Positions 41,576 to 56,288 are shown, counted from the first letter of the stretch. The stretch: DNA of 64,000 nucleotides from Eledone cirrhosa (GCA_964016885.1 OZ024740.1:427490001-427554000), one strand, 5' to 3'. Numbers and translations are program-made. The notes: generated by a model from the letters alone, not told the origin.

Positions 41576-44500
41576 AGACTAGTCTTAGTTGTGTAATCCT
41601 TTAATAAAATGTGTAGCAGCTTTCACTATATTAGTTTAAGACAAGTCTTAGCTGTGTAATACATTAATAAAATGTGTCCCAGCTATGACTATATTAGTGT
41701 TAGACCAGTCTTAGCTGTGTATTACCGTAATATAATGTGTACCAGCTATGACTATATTAGTGTCAGACCAGTCTTAGCTGTGTAATACATTAATAAAATG
41801 TGTCCCAGCTATGACTATATTAGTGTTAGACCAGTCTTAGCTGTGTATTACCGTAATATAATGTGTACCAGCTATGACTATATTAGTGTTAGACCAGTCT
41901 TAGCTGTGTAATACCGTAATATAATGTGTACCAGCTATAACTATATTAGTGTTAGACCAGTCTTAGCTGTGTAATACATTAATATAATGTGTACCAGCTA
42001 TGACTATATTAGTGTCAGACCAGTCTTAGCTGTGTAATACCGTAATATAATGTGTACCAGCTATAACTATATTAGTGTTAGACCAGTCTTAGCTGTGTAA
42101 TACCGTAATAAAATGTGTACCAGCTATAACTATATTAGTGTCAGACCAGTCTTAGCTGTGTAATACCGTAATATAATGTGTACCAGCTATGACTATATTA
42201 GTGTCAGACCAGTCTTAGCTGTGTAATACCGTAATATAATGTGTACCAGCTATAACTATATTAGTGTCAGACCAGTCTTAGCTGTGTAATACCGTAATAT
42301 AATGTGTACCAGCTATGACTATATTAGTGTTAGACCAGTCTTAGCTGTGTAATACCGTAATATAATGTGTACCAGCTATGACTATATTAGTGTTAGACCA
42401 GTCTTAGCTGTGTAATACCGTAATATAATGTGTACCAGCTATGACTATATTAGTGTTAGACCAGTCTTAGCTGTGTAATACCGTAATATAATGTGTACCA
42501 GCTATGACTATATTAGTGTTAGACCAGTCTTAGCTGTGTAATACCGTAATAAAATGTGTACCAGCTATGACTATATTAGTGTCAGACCAGTCTTAGCTGT
42601 GTAATACCGTAATATAATGTGTACCAGCTATGACTATATTAGTGTTAGACCAGTCTTAGCTGTGTAATACCGTAATATAATGTGTACCAGCTATGACTAT
42701 ATTAGTGTTAGACCAGTCTTAGCTGTGTAATACCGTAATAAAATGTGTCCCAGCTATGACTATATTAGTGTCAGACCAGTCTTAGCTGTGTAATACCGTA
42801 ATATAATGTGTACCAGCTATGACTATATTAGTGTTAGACCAGTCTTAGCTGTGTAATACCGTAATATAATGTGTACCAGCTATGACTATATTAGTGTTAG
42901 ACCAGTCTTAGCTGTGTAATACCGTAATAAAATGTGTCCCAGCTATGACTATATTAGTGTCAGACCAGTCTTAGCTGTGTAATACCGTAATATAATGTGT
43001 ACCAGCTATGACTATATTAGTGTTAGACCAGTCTTAGCTGTGTAATACCGTAATATAATGTGTACCAGCTATGACTATATTAGTGTTAGACCAGTCTTAG
43101 CTGTGTAATACCGTAATAAAATGTGTCCCAGCTATGACTATATTAGTGTCAGACCAGTCTTAGCTGTGTAATACCGTAATATAATGTGTACCAGCTATGA
43201 CTATATTAGTGTTAGACCAGTCTTAGCTGTGTAATACCGTAATATAATGTGTACCAGCTATGACTATATTAGTGTTAGACCAGTCTTAGCTGTGTAATGC
43301 CGTAATAAAATGTGTACCAGCTATGACTATATTAGTGTTAGACCAGTCTTAGCTGTGTAATACCGTAATATAATGTGTACCAGCTATAACTATATTAGTG
43401 TTAGACCAGTCTTAGCTGTGTAATACCGTAATATAATGTGTACCAGCTATGACTATATTAGTGTCAGACCAGTCTTAGCTGTGTAATACCGTAATATAAT
43501 GTGTACCAGCTATAACTATATTAGTGTTAGACCAGTCTTAGCTGTGTAATACCGTAATATAATGTGTACCAGCTATAACTATATTAGTGTTAGACCAGTC
43601 TTAGCTGTGTAATGCCGTAATAAAATGTGTACCAGCTATGACTATATTAGTGTTAGACCAGTCTTAGCTGTGTAATACCGTAATATAATGTGTACCAGCT
43701 ATGACTATATTAGAGTTAGACCAGTCTTAGCTGTGTAATACCGTAATATAATGTGTACCAGCTATGACTATATTAGTGTTAGACCAGTCTTAGCTGTGTA
43801 ATGACGTAATAAAATGTGTACCAGCTATGACTATATTAGTGTTAGACCAGTCTTAGCTGTGTAATACCGTAATAAAATCTGTACCAGCTATGACTATATT
43901 AGTGTTAGACCAGTCTTAGCTGTGTAATACCGTAATAAAATGTGTACCAGCTATAACTATATTAGTGTTAGACCAGTCTTAGCTGTGTAATGACGTAATA
44001 AAATCTGTACCAGCTATAACTATGTTAGTGTTAGACCAGTCTTAGCTGTGTAATACCGTAATATAATGTGTACCAGCTATAACTATATTAGTGTTAGACC
44101 AGTCTTAGCTGTGTAATGCCGTAATATAATGTGTACCAGCTATGACTATGTTAGTGTCAGACCAGTCTTAGCTGTGTAATACCGTAATATAATGTGTACC
44201 AGCTATGACTATATTAGTGTTAGACCAGTCTTAGCTGTGTAATACCGTAATAAAATGTGTACCAGCTATGACTATATTAGTGTTAGACCAGTCTTAGCTG
44301 TGTAATACCGTAATAAAATGTGTACCAGCTATGACTATATTAGTGTTAGACCAGTCTTAGCTGTGTAATACCGTAATATAATGTGTACCAGCTATGACTA
44401 TATTAGTGTTAGACCAGTCTTAGCTGTGTAATGACGTAATAAAATGTGTACCAGCTATGACTATATTAGTGTTAGACCAGTCTTAGCTGTGTAATGCCGT

Positions 44501-47500
44501 AATATAATGTGTACCAGCTATGACTATATTAGTGTTAGACCAGTCTTAGCTGTGTAATGCCGTAATATAATGTGTACCAGCTATGACTATATTAGTGTTA
44601 GACCAGTCTTAGCTGTGTAATACCGTAATATAATGTGTACCAGCTATGACTATATTAGTGTTAGACCAGTCTTAGCTGTGTAATACCGTAATATAATGTG
44701 TACCAGCTATGACTATATTAGTGTTAGACCAGTCTTAGCTGTGTAATACCGTAATATAATGTGTACCAGCTATGACTATATTAGTGTTAGACCAGTCTTA
44801 GCTGTGTAATGCCGTAATATAATGTATACCAGCTATGACTATATTAGTGTTAGACCAGTCTTAGCTGTGTAATACCGTAATATAATGTGTACCAGCTATG
44901 ACTATATTAGTGTTAGACCAGTCTTAGCTGTGTAATGCCGTAATATAATGTATACCAGCTATGACTATATTAGTGTTAGACCAGTCTTAGCTGTGTAATA
45001 CCGTAATATAATGTGTACCAGCTATGACTATATTAGTGTTAGACCAGTCTTAGCTGTGTAATGCCGTAATATAATGTATACCAGCTATGACTATATTAGC
45101 GTTAGACCAGTCTTAGCTGTGTAATACTGTAATATAATTGTTTTTACTTTTGGCACAAGGCCAGCAATTATCCCAGTGTATTACTGGTACTTTATTTTAT
45201 CGACCTCGTAAGCATGAAAGGCAAAGTTAACCTCGGCGGGATTTGAACTCAGAATGGCAAGGGACGTAAATCTATGCGTCAAAGCATGGGGTCCGACCCT
45301 AATGTGTACCAGCTATGACTATATTAGTGTTAGACCAGTCTTAGCTGTGTAATGCCGTAATATAATGTGTACCAGCTATGACTATATTAGTGTTAGACCA
45401 GTCTTAGCTGTGTAATGACGTAATATAATGTGTACCAGCTATGACTATATTAGTGTTAGACCAGTCTTAGCTGTGTAATACCGTAATAAAATGTGTACCA
45501 GCTATGACTATATTAGTGTCAGACCAGTCTTAGCTGTGTAATGACGTAATATAATGTGTACCAGCTATAACTATATTAGTGTTAGACCAGTCTTAGCTGT
45601 GTAATACCGTAATATAATGTGTACCATCTATAACTATATTAGTGTTAGACCAGTCTTAGCTGTGTAATGCCGTAATATAATGTGTACCAGCTATGACTAT
45701 ATTAGTGTTAGACCAGTCTTAGCTGTGTAATGCCGTAATATAATGTGTACCAGCTATGACTATATTAGTGTTAGACTAGTCTTAGCTGTGTAATACCGTA
45801 ATAAAATGTGTACCAGCTATAACTATATTAGTGTTAGACCAGTCTTAGCTGTGTAATACCGTAATATAATGTGTACCAGCTATGACTATGTTAGTGTTAG
45901 ACCAGTCTTAGCTGTGTAATGCCGTAATATAATGTGTACCATCTATAACTATATTAGTGTTAGACCAGTCTTAGCTGTGTAATACCGTAATATAATGTGT
46001 ACCATCTATAACTATATTAGTGTTAGACCAGTCTTAGCTGTGTAATGCCGTAATATAATGTGTACCAGCTATGACTATATTAGTGTTAGACCAGTCTTAG
46101 CTGTGTAATACCGTAATATAATGTGTACCATCTATAACTATATTAGTGTTAGACCAGTCTTAGCTGTGTAATACCGTAATATAATGTGTACCATCTATAA
46201 CTATATTAGTGTTAGACCAGTCTTAGCTGTGTAATGCCGTAATATAATGTGTACCAGCTATGACTATATTAGTGTTAGACCAGTCTTAGCTGTGTAATGC
46301 CGTAATATAATGTGTACCAGCTATAACTATATTAGTGTCAGACCAGTCTTAGCTGTGTAATACCGTAATATAATGTGTACCAGCTATGACTATATTAGTG
46401 TTAGACCAGTCTTAGCTGTGTAATACCGTAATATAATGTGTACCAGCTATGACTATTTTAGTGTTAGACCAGTCTTAGCTGTGTAATGACGTAATATAAT
46501 GTGTACCAGCTATGACTATATTAGTGTTAGACCAGTCTTAGCTGTGTAATACCGTAATATAATGTGTACCAGCTATGACTATTTTAGTGTTAGACCAGTC
46601 TTAGCTGTGTAATGACGTAATATAATGTGTACCAGCTATGACTATATTAGTGTTAGACCAGTCTTAGCTGTGTAATACCGTAATATAATGTGTACCAGCT
46701 ATGACTATATTAGTGTCAGACCAGTCTTAGCTGTGTAATACCGTAATATAATGTGTACCAGCTATGACTATATTAGTGTCAGACCAGTCTTAGCTGTGTA
46801 ATACCGTAATAAAATGTGTCCCAGCTATGACTATATTAGTGTCAGACCAGTCTTAGCTGTGTAATACCGTAATATAATGTGTACCAGCTATGACTATATT
46901 AGTGTCAGACCAGTCTTAGCTGTGTAATACCGTAACAAAATGTGTCCCAGCTATGACTATATTAGTGTCAGACCAGTCTTAGCTGTGTAATACCGTAATA
47001 TAATGTGTACCAGCTATGACTATATTAGTGTCAGACCAGTCTTAGCTGTGTAATACCGTAATATAATGTGTACCAGCTATGACTATATTAGTGTTAGACC
47101 AGTCTTAGCTGTGTAATACCGTAATATAATGTGTCCCAGCTATGACTATATTAGTGTCAGACCAGTCTTAGCTGTGTAATGCCGTAATATAATGTGTACC
47201 AGCTATGACTATATTAGTGTCAGACCAGTCTTAGCTGTGTAATACCGTAATATAATGTGTACCAGCTATGACTATATTAGTGTCAGACCAGTCTTAGCTG
47301 TGTAATACCGTAATATAATGTGTACCAGCTATGACTATATTAGTGTTAGACCAGTCTTAGCTGTGTAATGCCGTAATATAATGTGTACCAGCTATAACTA
47401 TATTAGTGTTAGACCAGTCTTAGCTGTGTAATACCGTAATATAATGTATACCAGCTATGACTATATTAGTGTTAGACCAGTCTTAGCTGTGTAATACCGT

Positions 47501-49035
47501 AATATAATGTGTACCAGCTATGACTATATTAGTGTTAGACCAGTCTTAGCTGTGTAATACCGTAATATAATGTGTACCAGCTATGACTATATTAGAGTTA
47601 GACCAGTCTTAGCTGTGTAATACCGTAATATAATGTGTACCAGCTATAACTATATTAGTGTTAGACCAGTCTTAGCTGTGTAATGCCGTAATATAATGTG
47701 TACCAGCTATGACTATATTAGTGTTAGACCAGTCTTAGCTGTGTAATGCCGTAATATAATGTGTACCAGCTATGACTATATTAGTGTCAGACCAGTCTTA
47801 GCTGTGTAATGCCGTAATATAATGTGTACCAGCTATGACTATATTAGTGTTAGACCAGTCTTAGCTGTGTAATGCCGTAATATAATGTGTACCAGCTATG
47901 ACTATATTAGTGTTAGACCAGTCTTAGCTGTGTAATACCGTAATAAAATCTGTACCAGCTATGACTATATTAGTGTCAGACCAGTCTTAGCTGTGTAATA
48001 CCGTAATATAATGTGTACCAGCTATGACTATGTTAGTGTTAGACCAGTCTTAGCTGTGTAATGCCGTAATATAATGTGTACCAGCTATAACTATGTTAGT
48101 GTTAGACCAGTCTTAGCTGTGTAATACCGTAATATAATGTGTACCAGCTATAACTATGTTAGTGTTAGACCAGTCTTAGCTGTGTAATACCGTAATATAA
48201 TGTGTACCAGCTATGACTATATTAGTGTTAGACCAGTCTTAGCTGTGTAATACCGTAATAAAATCTGTACCAGCTATGACTATATTAGTGTTAGACCAGT
48301 CTTAGCTGTGTAATACCGTAATATAATGTGTACCAGCTATGACTATATTAGTGTTAGACCAGTCTTAGCTGTGTAATACCGTAATAAAATCTGTACCAGC
48401 TATGACTATATTAGTGTTAGACCAGTCTTAGCTGTGTAATACCGTAATATAATGTGTACCAGCTATGACTATATTAGTGTTAGACCAGTCTTAGCTGTGT
48501 AATACCGTAATAAAATCTGTACCAGCTATGACTATATTAGTGTTAGACCAGTCTTAGCTGTGTAATACCGTAATATAATGTGTACCAGCTATGACTATAT
48601 TAGTGTTAGACCAGTCTTAGCTGTGTAATACCGTAATAAAATCTGTACCAGCTATGACTATATTAGTGTTAGACCAGTCTTAGCTGTGTAATACCGTAAT
48701 ATAATGTGTACCAGCTATGACTATATTAGTGTTAGACCAGTCTTAGCTGTGTAATACCGTAATATAATGTGTACCAGCTATGACTATATTAGTGTTAGAC
48801 CAGTCTTAGCTGTGTAATACCGTAATATAATGTGTACCAGCTATGACTATATTAGTGTTAGACCAGTCTTAGCTGTGTAATGCCGTAATATAATGTGTAC
48901 CAGCTATGACTATGTTAGTGTTAGACCAGTCTTAGCTGTGTAATGCCGTAATATAATGTGTACCAGCTATGACTATATTAGTGTTAGACCAGTCTTAGCT
49001 GTGTAATGCCGTAATATAATGTGTACCAGCTATGA
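41576..49035. repeat. 63-bp satellite array, roughly 115 units
   Basis: Unit AGACCAGTCTTAGCTGTGTAATACCGTAATATAATGTGTACCAGCTATGACTATATTAGTGTT; period 63 (e.g. 41891 to 41954). Confidence 0.98.
45138..45300 (-). mobile_element. SINE inserted into the 63-bp satellite
   Basis: Interrupts a unit after AATATAAT; same family as 13825-13990; array resumes in register. Confidence 0.85.
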
Positions 49036-49196
49036 ACATGTCATATTTACATCCAACATAATATACCAAACGTTCCATTATCAACACTTCTGTATTTCCA
49101 ATAAGCTGGTGTAAATGACAAGACATTCGGATGTTGTCTCTAATATATTGAACATCGACCTGGACTTAACCTGTTGTTGTTGTTACTGTAAATATT

Positions 49197-49495
49197 ACTC
49201 TAGCCGCAACCTGGTGCAGTCTGCGACTAACCCAGGTTCTGCTGCACGTCGGGCTGAGGAAGCTAAACTCTTCAAATACCGATCGCTCTCCGACAGGTTT
49301 GCAGTCGTACCCTTGGCAGTGGAGACATCTGGTGTCCTCGACCCTAGGGCTACCTCCCTACTCACCACCATAGGCGCTGAGATGGCCAGCCGCAGGTGTG
49401 AGCCTCGGGAGTTGGAATGGCTTTTCAGCGCGTCTCCCTTGCCGTCCCCCGGGGAAACGCCTTCACCATTCTGTCCACCGGGGCTGTGGGAGACC
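49197..49495 (+). pseudogene. CRE-like RLE endonuclease C-terminal fragment
   Basis: GSAARRAEEAKLFKY..L...F..VPLAVETSG and ELEWLF-QRVSLAV..GNA (frameshifted). Confidence 0.75.
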
Positions 49496-50321
49496 ATCAA
49501 TGTACTGACTGTAAATATCGTTGTTATTGTTGTTGTACATGTTAATGTTGCTGCTCTCATTGTAAATGGTGTTGTTGCTACTGTTGTTATTATGGTTGTT
49601 GTCACTGATGTTGTTGTTGTTGGTGGTTGTGGTGGTGGTTGGAGTAGGAGTGGTAGTTGTTATTGTGTTTTTGTGTTGATGGTAGTGGTGCTGGTGGTTG
49701 TGACTGGGGTGGAGATGGTTGTGGTGTTGCTGTTGGTTATGGGGGGGGAATGGTGTTGGTATTGTTGATTGCGTTGTTATTGCTGGTGTTCTAGGTGTTG
49801 TTGTTGTTGTTATTGGTGGTGGTGGTGGTGGTGGTGGTGGTGATCGTGGAGCTCTTAGTCGATGAGACCTTGATCTAAGGTGTTTATTTCTACTGAGGCC
49901 ATTCTACTGATATATGTCTACATAGCAGTACACTAACAAATGTGTCCTTTAGTTATGATGACGTGATTCGAATGAGAATTTAGTTCCTATATTTAGCAGG
50001 TCGACCAACAACGTAGTCATCCATTTTAGCTCCTGGGCCGCTTCAGATTGGTGGGGGGAGGGGGGCTAAAAACAGCAGAGCTTTCCTTCTTAATCAGCTT
50101 GTCTTCCTCCGGTTGCAACGTTTTTTGAAATATTCACTTATGCGTTTACAGATTGACTTTGTTAGTTTCAGAAGATCCCGTTAAGGGTGAAAGCAGCGAT
50201 TCTTTGCTTAAACTTTAATCTGTTATTTTAATAAATATTTGCTCTACGGTTCTTATATATTTGATATATATTTATCCTTATCGAGCCCTCTTTGGATTTT
50301 AGTCTTCAAATTTATTATTAT

Positions 50322-50377
<56 letters not shown>

Positions 50378-50379
<2 letters not shown>

Positions 50380-52144
50380 CTCTCCGCTCCCTCCGTAGCC
50401 GAGATGACATCGTCATCAAACTGGCGGACAAGGGAGGCGCCGTGGTGGTGTGGCGCGCGGACTTCTACACGGCCGAAGCCCTCAGGCAGCTCCGTAACCC
50501 CCTCTTCTACCGCCCTCTGCCCTCCGATCCTACACCCCTCTACCAACAACAAGTTTCCTCCACCATCCAACATCTTGTCTCCTGCCCCCGCTTCCCACCT
50601 CATCGTCCACAGCGCCCGCACCCCCACCATCTACTTCCTCCCCAAACTCCACAATCACGACAACCCGGGCCGCTCTATCGTCTCCGCTTGCAACTGCCCC
50701 ACCGAACTCATCTCCGCCTTTCTCGACTCCATCCTCGCCCCCCTTGTCACCACCCTCCCCTCCCACATCTCCGACACCAACCACGCCCTGCGCCGTTTCG
50801 ACTCCTTCACCTATCCACCCGGCCCACAGCCCTCCCTCTTCACCCTAGACATCAAGTCCCTCTATACCATCTTCCCCCACGCCGACGGCCTACGCGCCCT
50901 CAAACACTACCTCGACCTTTGCCCCTCCTCCATTCCCTCCACCCCACCCACCTTCGCCTCGCCGAGCTGGTCCTCACCCTCAACTGTTTCTCCTTCTCGG
51001 GTGAGTTTTACCAACAGGTCACGGGGGTAGCCATGGGTACAAGAATGGGCCCAAACTATGCCAACCTTTTTGTTGGCCATGTTGAGGCCCAAATCTTTGC
51101 CCAGTACACCGGACCCACGCCCGAACTGTACGGTCGTTACATCGACGACTGTATCGGAGCCACGACCCTCACCCGAGAACAACACGACTCCTTTCTCTCC
51201 TTCTTCTGCTCCTTCCACCCCTCCCTCCACTTCACCACCTCTATCTCCACCACCCACGTCCACTTCTTAGACATCTCCGTTGCCTTCGACCCCTCCCACC
51301 ACTCCCTCGTCACCTCCACCTACTTCAAACCCACCGACTCCCACTCTTACCTCGACTTAACCTCTTCCCACCCCACACACACTAAACACTCTATTCCCTA
51401 CTCCCAACTCCTCAGGATTCGCCGCCTCTGTAGCCGAGATGCCGACTTTGAGTCCCAGGCCCTTTCCTTAGTCAGCCATTTCATCCACAGAGGTTACCCC
51501 CCTCTCTCGTCCACACCGCTCTCACCCGCGCCCGTGCTGTCCACCGCTCCACCACCCTCGCCCCACGCCACCGCACACCCACCCACAGTCTCCCCTTCCC
51601 CATCACCTACCAGCCCTCCACCATACCCCTCCACCGCACCATCCTCCACCTCTTCCGACGCCTCCAGTCCGACCCCTCCACCTCCCACATCTTCCCAGCC
51701 CCACCACTCCCCTCCTTCAAACGCGCACGCAATCTCCTCCCCCTCCTCGTCCACAACTCCCCCCCCCGGTTCCTTTCCCTGTTCTAGGCCCCGCTGCAAC
51801 ATCTGTCCCCACATCACCAACACCACCACCTTCCAGGGTCCCAACGGCCACTCTCTCTCCGGCATGCCTTCCGCTGCACCTCCTCCAACCTAGACTTACG
51901 TCGGACAGACTGGACGTCGCCTGGCGGACAGATTTACTGAGCACCTCCGGGATATTCGTCTCGGTGGTAGTTCCCCCATCGCCCGCCACTTTGGTGCCCC
52001 TGGACATTCCGCACACCATCTCACAGTCTGTGGCCTACTCCAATGCCACGGAACACCCGCCAATCTCCTAAGAGTTGAACAACGAACCATCTTCATCTTA
52101 CAGACCCACACTCCCCCCGGCCTGAACTCCCCTTATTCCTTTAG
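50378..52144 (+). pseudogene. PLE RT plus GIY-YIG ORF, multiply frameshifted
   Basis: ADKGGAVVV, YFLPKLH, LDIKSLYT, GVAMGTRMGPNYANLF, RYIDD, FLD, KPTDSHSYL, CSRPRCNIC, YVGQTGRRLADRFTEH, GLN. Confidence 0.9.
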
Positions 52145-53552
52145 CCCTCGATCGCCCCCCTCCCCCCACACATATCCCCCACTAACACCATTAACACACC
52201 CCTCCTTTTCACCACCCACCCCACAACTAACAATACTAACACCACCATCCCACATCCGACCACCCTTCCCCAACTAACATGCTAACATCCCTCCCTTCTT
52301 CTCCTCCCCCCTCCTTATCACACGCACACACCCACCGGCACATATATACACGCGCTCAGACTAAACACATACCCTACTACCACCACTAACCCTCACCCCC
52401 ACACATCCAGCCCACCACCCGCAACTAACATCACTAACACCCCCTGACCCCAAGCACACGAACACACACACCCACTTACACCACCCACTCTACACGCAAC
52501 TAACATCACTAACACCCCCAACCCTACGCACACGTACACACACATCCTCTTACACCACACACTCTACACACCCTACCACCACTGACCCGCACTCACACAC
52601 GCATTCAACCCTTTCTCCACCTCCTGTATACTAACACCCACTAACACCCCTTCACCAAACACACACACCAGTACACTACACTCCCTCCATCGTCCCCCAC
52701 ACCGTTCTCTCCCCGCTCCACCCACACCCTTTCTCAAACACTCACTCATTCCACTAACACCTCTACTAATCCTCACACACCCCCTCCTCACTCCAACTTT
52801 CACACCTACCAATCCTCTCCCCTGTCCACCGCACACACTGACACACCTTCACTTACCATTCTACCCGACTGCTGCTATGCCCTTATCTCTGACCACCTCC
52901 CCGCACACACAGACACACAACCCTCCTCTGCCTTGACCCTCTGACCACTTCCTGTTCCGCGCGCACGCCACATCTTCCCTCTTCCGACCAATCTCTTCAC
53001 GGATTACACGTATGTGAACCTTGATCCCAGAATCCACCACATCTTTTTACGGAATTACCTTTATGACTCACCCACACACACCCCTCCAAAAAATGTTTTC
53101 CCCACACGCCACCTACACCCACAACACGCATAAACACCACACACACACGTGCGTATCACCACATATTTACACATTCAGGCTCCGGAATCCTCTCCCCCCA
53201 CCCCCTATCCACACACGCACACACACTCCGACCTACACCCCACCCCACACACACACCTCTTCCTGAATATGCAACCCCGTTCTTCCCCCAACCCTGCTTT
53301 CACATACACACACACACACACCACCTTCAGCCCTGCCCGCTCTGACACCCCGTCTCCCTCTCCCCACTCCACCCGCCACCACCCCTACACGCCCCACACC
53401 CTTCCACTACCTGCTTTACCCCATTTTAATTTTATTTTGATCATGCCTTTATTTTTAATTTCATTTGCACCGTTTCCTCTCACCCCATTTTTGCTATATG
53501 TCTCTCCACCACTCCCCTACACACCCTTGGAACTCTCTTCCCACACACTTTT

Positions 53553-53585
53553 CACCTGAAGAAGGGCTTATGCCCGAAACGTCGT
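53553..53585 (+). ncRNA. Minimal hammerhead in PLE pseudo-LTR
   Basis: AC-CUGAAGA-AGGGC-UUAU-GCCC-GAAACGUC-GU. Confidence 0.8.
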
Positions 53586-53672
53586 TCCCCACCACCACCC
53601 CGCTCTCAAGAGCGTGAAATTAATAAACATTTGTTTGTACTGCTTCTCTGTTTTGTCCCCGTTCAATTGTTC

Positions 53673-53775
<103 letters not shown>

Positions 53776-53807
53776 ATATATATATATGTGTGTGTGTGTG
53801 TGAAAAC

Positions 53808-53935
53808 GTGTGGCTGATTGGTTAAAGACCTGGATTCGCAATCGTGAGGTTGTCAGTTCGATTCTTGGACCAAGCGATGTGTTATGTCCTTGAGCAAGAC
53901 ACTTTATTTCACGTTGCTCCTTCTACCTGGAGTTG
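53808..53935 (+). mobile_element. CORE-type SINE
   Basis: tRNA-like head plus CCTTGAGCAAGACACTTTATTTCACGTTGCTCC. Confidence 0.75.
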
Positions 53936-54146
53936 CGACCGATCGATAGTATTAGCAATTGGAAAGACCAACGGAAACATTGTTTCCTCGGTCCGATTTG
54001 ACGAAAGTCGATCGACAAAAAAAATATATTTATATATCCGTTTATCCCGGGTTCAATCGGCTGTAACCAGAGTAAGTAAGGTACTCAATACAAAACAGAG
54101 TATACATATTTAATATAGAAAGGCTTCATTCGGGAGAAATCATCAG

Positions 54147-54197
54147 AGCTTCCTGATGATTTCTCACGAATGAAACAGTTCTAGTCCTGTAGAAGCT
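54147..54197 (+). ncRNA. Type I hammerhead ribozyme preceded by its own inverted partial copy
   Basis: AGCUUC-CUGAUGA-..-GAAACAG-loop-CUGUA-GAAGCU; 54125-54146 is the reverse complement of the core plus stem II. Confidence 0.8.
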
Positions 54198-54211
54198 TTT
54201 CTCTCTCTATC

Positions 54212-54289
<78 letters not shown>

Positions 54290-54576
54290 TGTGTGTGTGG
54301 GTGCTCGAGGCTGTGTATGTGTTTGTGTTGGGGACGTGTATAAAAAGCTGTGAATGGTCGTAAGAAATATTCCAAACAGTAAGATTACTCTAATAACATA
54401 TGCTATATAGTTAAGAAAGGACAGTGATTGCTAGCACGTAAATAAAACATACTTAGCCATTTTATACGAAGAAAACATATTTGACAAAAAAGTGGAGATG
54501 GAGCTACAGAGCGGGCGGGGGAGGATTATAATGGAGGATATAAAACATGAACAAATAAGCAGTCAATATATCTATC

Positions 54577-54646
<70 letters not shown>

Positions 54647-54725
54647 CATATATATAAACACACACATATATTTATAGAGATAGATATAGACATATATAGA
54701 TAATTATATATATATATATTGTGTA

Positions 54726-54764
<39 letters not shown>

Positions 54765-54893
54765 AGGAAAAATAAAGCGGAAGAAAAGAACAAAAGATCT
54801 ATTGCAATCAACTGAACAATTCTTCCCACACCCATCACATTGTATTAATGCATTAAGTTTTATTCCTTCCAAAGTCCTGTCGACTGCCGTTCG

Positions 54894-54950
<57 letters not shown>

Positions 54951-55254
54951 CATACACGCCTACACACACACATATATATATATATACATACATAACATGT
55001 ATTATACTATGAAGAAATTCGATTTGCCTACCAATATTTCTGCGTGGACTATCTGCCGTCCACCAGAGAATAAGCTATTTTGAAACATTTCGAGCCTTTA
55101 TTGATCTTCTCTTACTTGTAAACACGAAGCAAACATATCGTTATTACTTTTAGCAACAGTAATCGGCCGAACAATTGCATTGCTTCTGAAGCCCTATATT
55201 ATATTATGTTTTGTATATATGTATTTTTTATTGTAGCATTAATACAGAGATACG

Positions 55255-55718
55255 TGTGTTGGTGTGTTGGTGTGTTGGTGTGTATGTGTGTTGGTGTGTT
55301 GGTGTGTTGGTGTGTTGGTGTGTGTTGGTGTGTTGGTGTGTGGTCTGTTGGTGTGTTGGTGTGTGTTGGTGTGTTGGTGTGTGTTGGTGTGTTGGCGTGT
55401 TGGTGTGTTGGTGTATTGGTGTGTTGGTGTGTTGGTGTGTGTTGGTGTGTTGGTGTGTATGTGTGTTGGTGTGTTGGTGTATTGGTGTTTGGTGTGTATG
55501 TGTGTTGGTGTGTTGGTATGTTGGTGTGTATGTGTGTTGGTGTGTTGGTGTGTGTTGGTGTGTTGGTTTGTGTTAGTGTGTTGGTGTGTATGTGTGTGTT
55601 GGTGTGTTGGTGTGTGGTGTGTTGGTGTGTTGGTGTGTGTTGGTGTGTTGGTGTGTATCTGTGTGTTGGTGTGTTGGTGTGTATGTATGTGTTGGTGTGT
55701 TGGTGTGGGTTGGTGTGT
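55255..55718. repeat. (TGTTGGTG)n-type degenerate repeat
   Basis: Direct observation. Confidence 0.9.
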
Positions 55719-56013
55719 GTGAGAGAGAGACGGAGAGAGTTTAAAGCGTGGTATTAAGGAGACAGACAAAAGGAGACAGAGAAAGACTTATTGATAATCC
55801 TTCAAATATGTAGACATACACAAACAGCCACACACAAACAGACACACACATATATGTCTATATAAAGGAGTATACATATATTTACACATGTATACACACA
55901 CACACATATATATATATTTATATATATATATATATATATATTAGAAAGTGAGGTTTTTTTTAACAAAATGAAAAATAACCGAGGTGTCCTACACGAGTGA
56001 AAGTATAAAGAAA

Positions 56014-56283
56014 AAAAGATGAAATCGAAAATGCAACTGGAGTCTTATTTTAAAAAAAATATATATATTTATTTGGTTCCTTTAACGGTTTCGCAGTTCT
56101 TCTGCTTTTCAAAAGTAGAGTTGAGATGGAGGGTCTGTGATTCTTCTCACAGTGAGAAAAACCACAGACCCTCCATCTCAACTCTACTTTTGAAAAGTAG
56201 AAGAAATGCGAAACCAGTAAAGGAACCAAATAAATTTATATATTATTTTAAAAATAAGACTCTGGCTGCATTTTCGATTTCAT

Positions 56284-56288
<5 letters not shown>
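56014..56288. repeat. Fold-back element (centre about 56151); single-arm copy at 30720-30845
   Basis: Diverged inverted arms meeting at CTCAC-A-GTGAG. Confidence 0.85.

Noticed and set aside
41576-49035. CRISPR-like array or 21-codon coding repeat
   Set aside because: No unique spacers, no cas genes, eukaryotic context; no ORF is called in any frame
49500-49845. Transmembrane Val-rich C-terminus of ORF 49115
   Set aside because: Derived from (GTT/GGT)n low-complexity sequence after the CRE fragment
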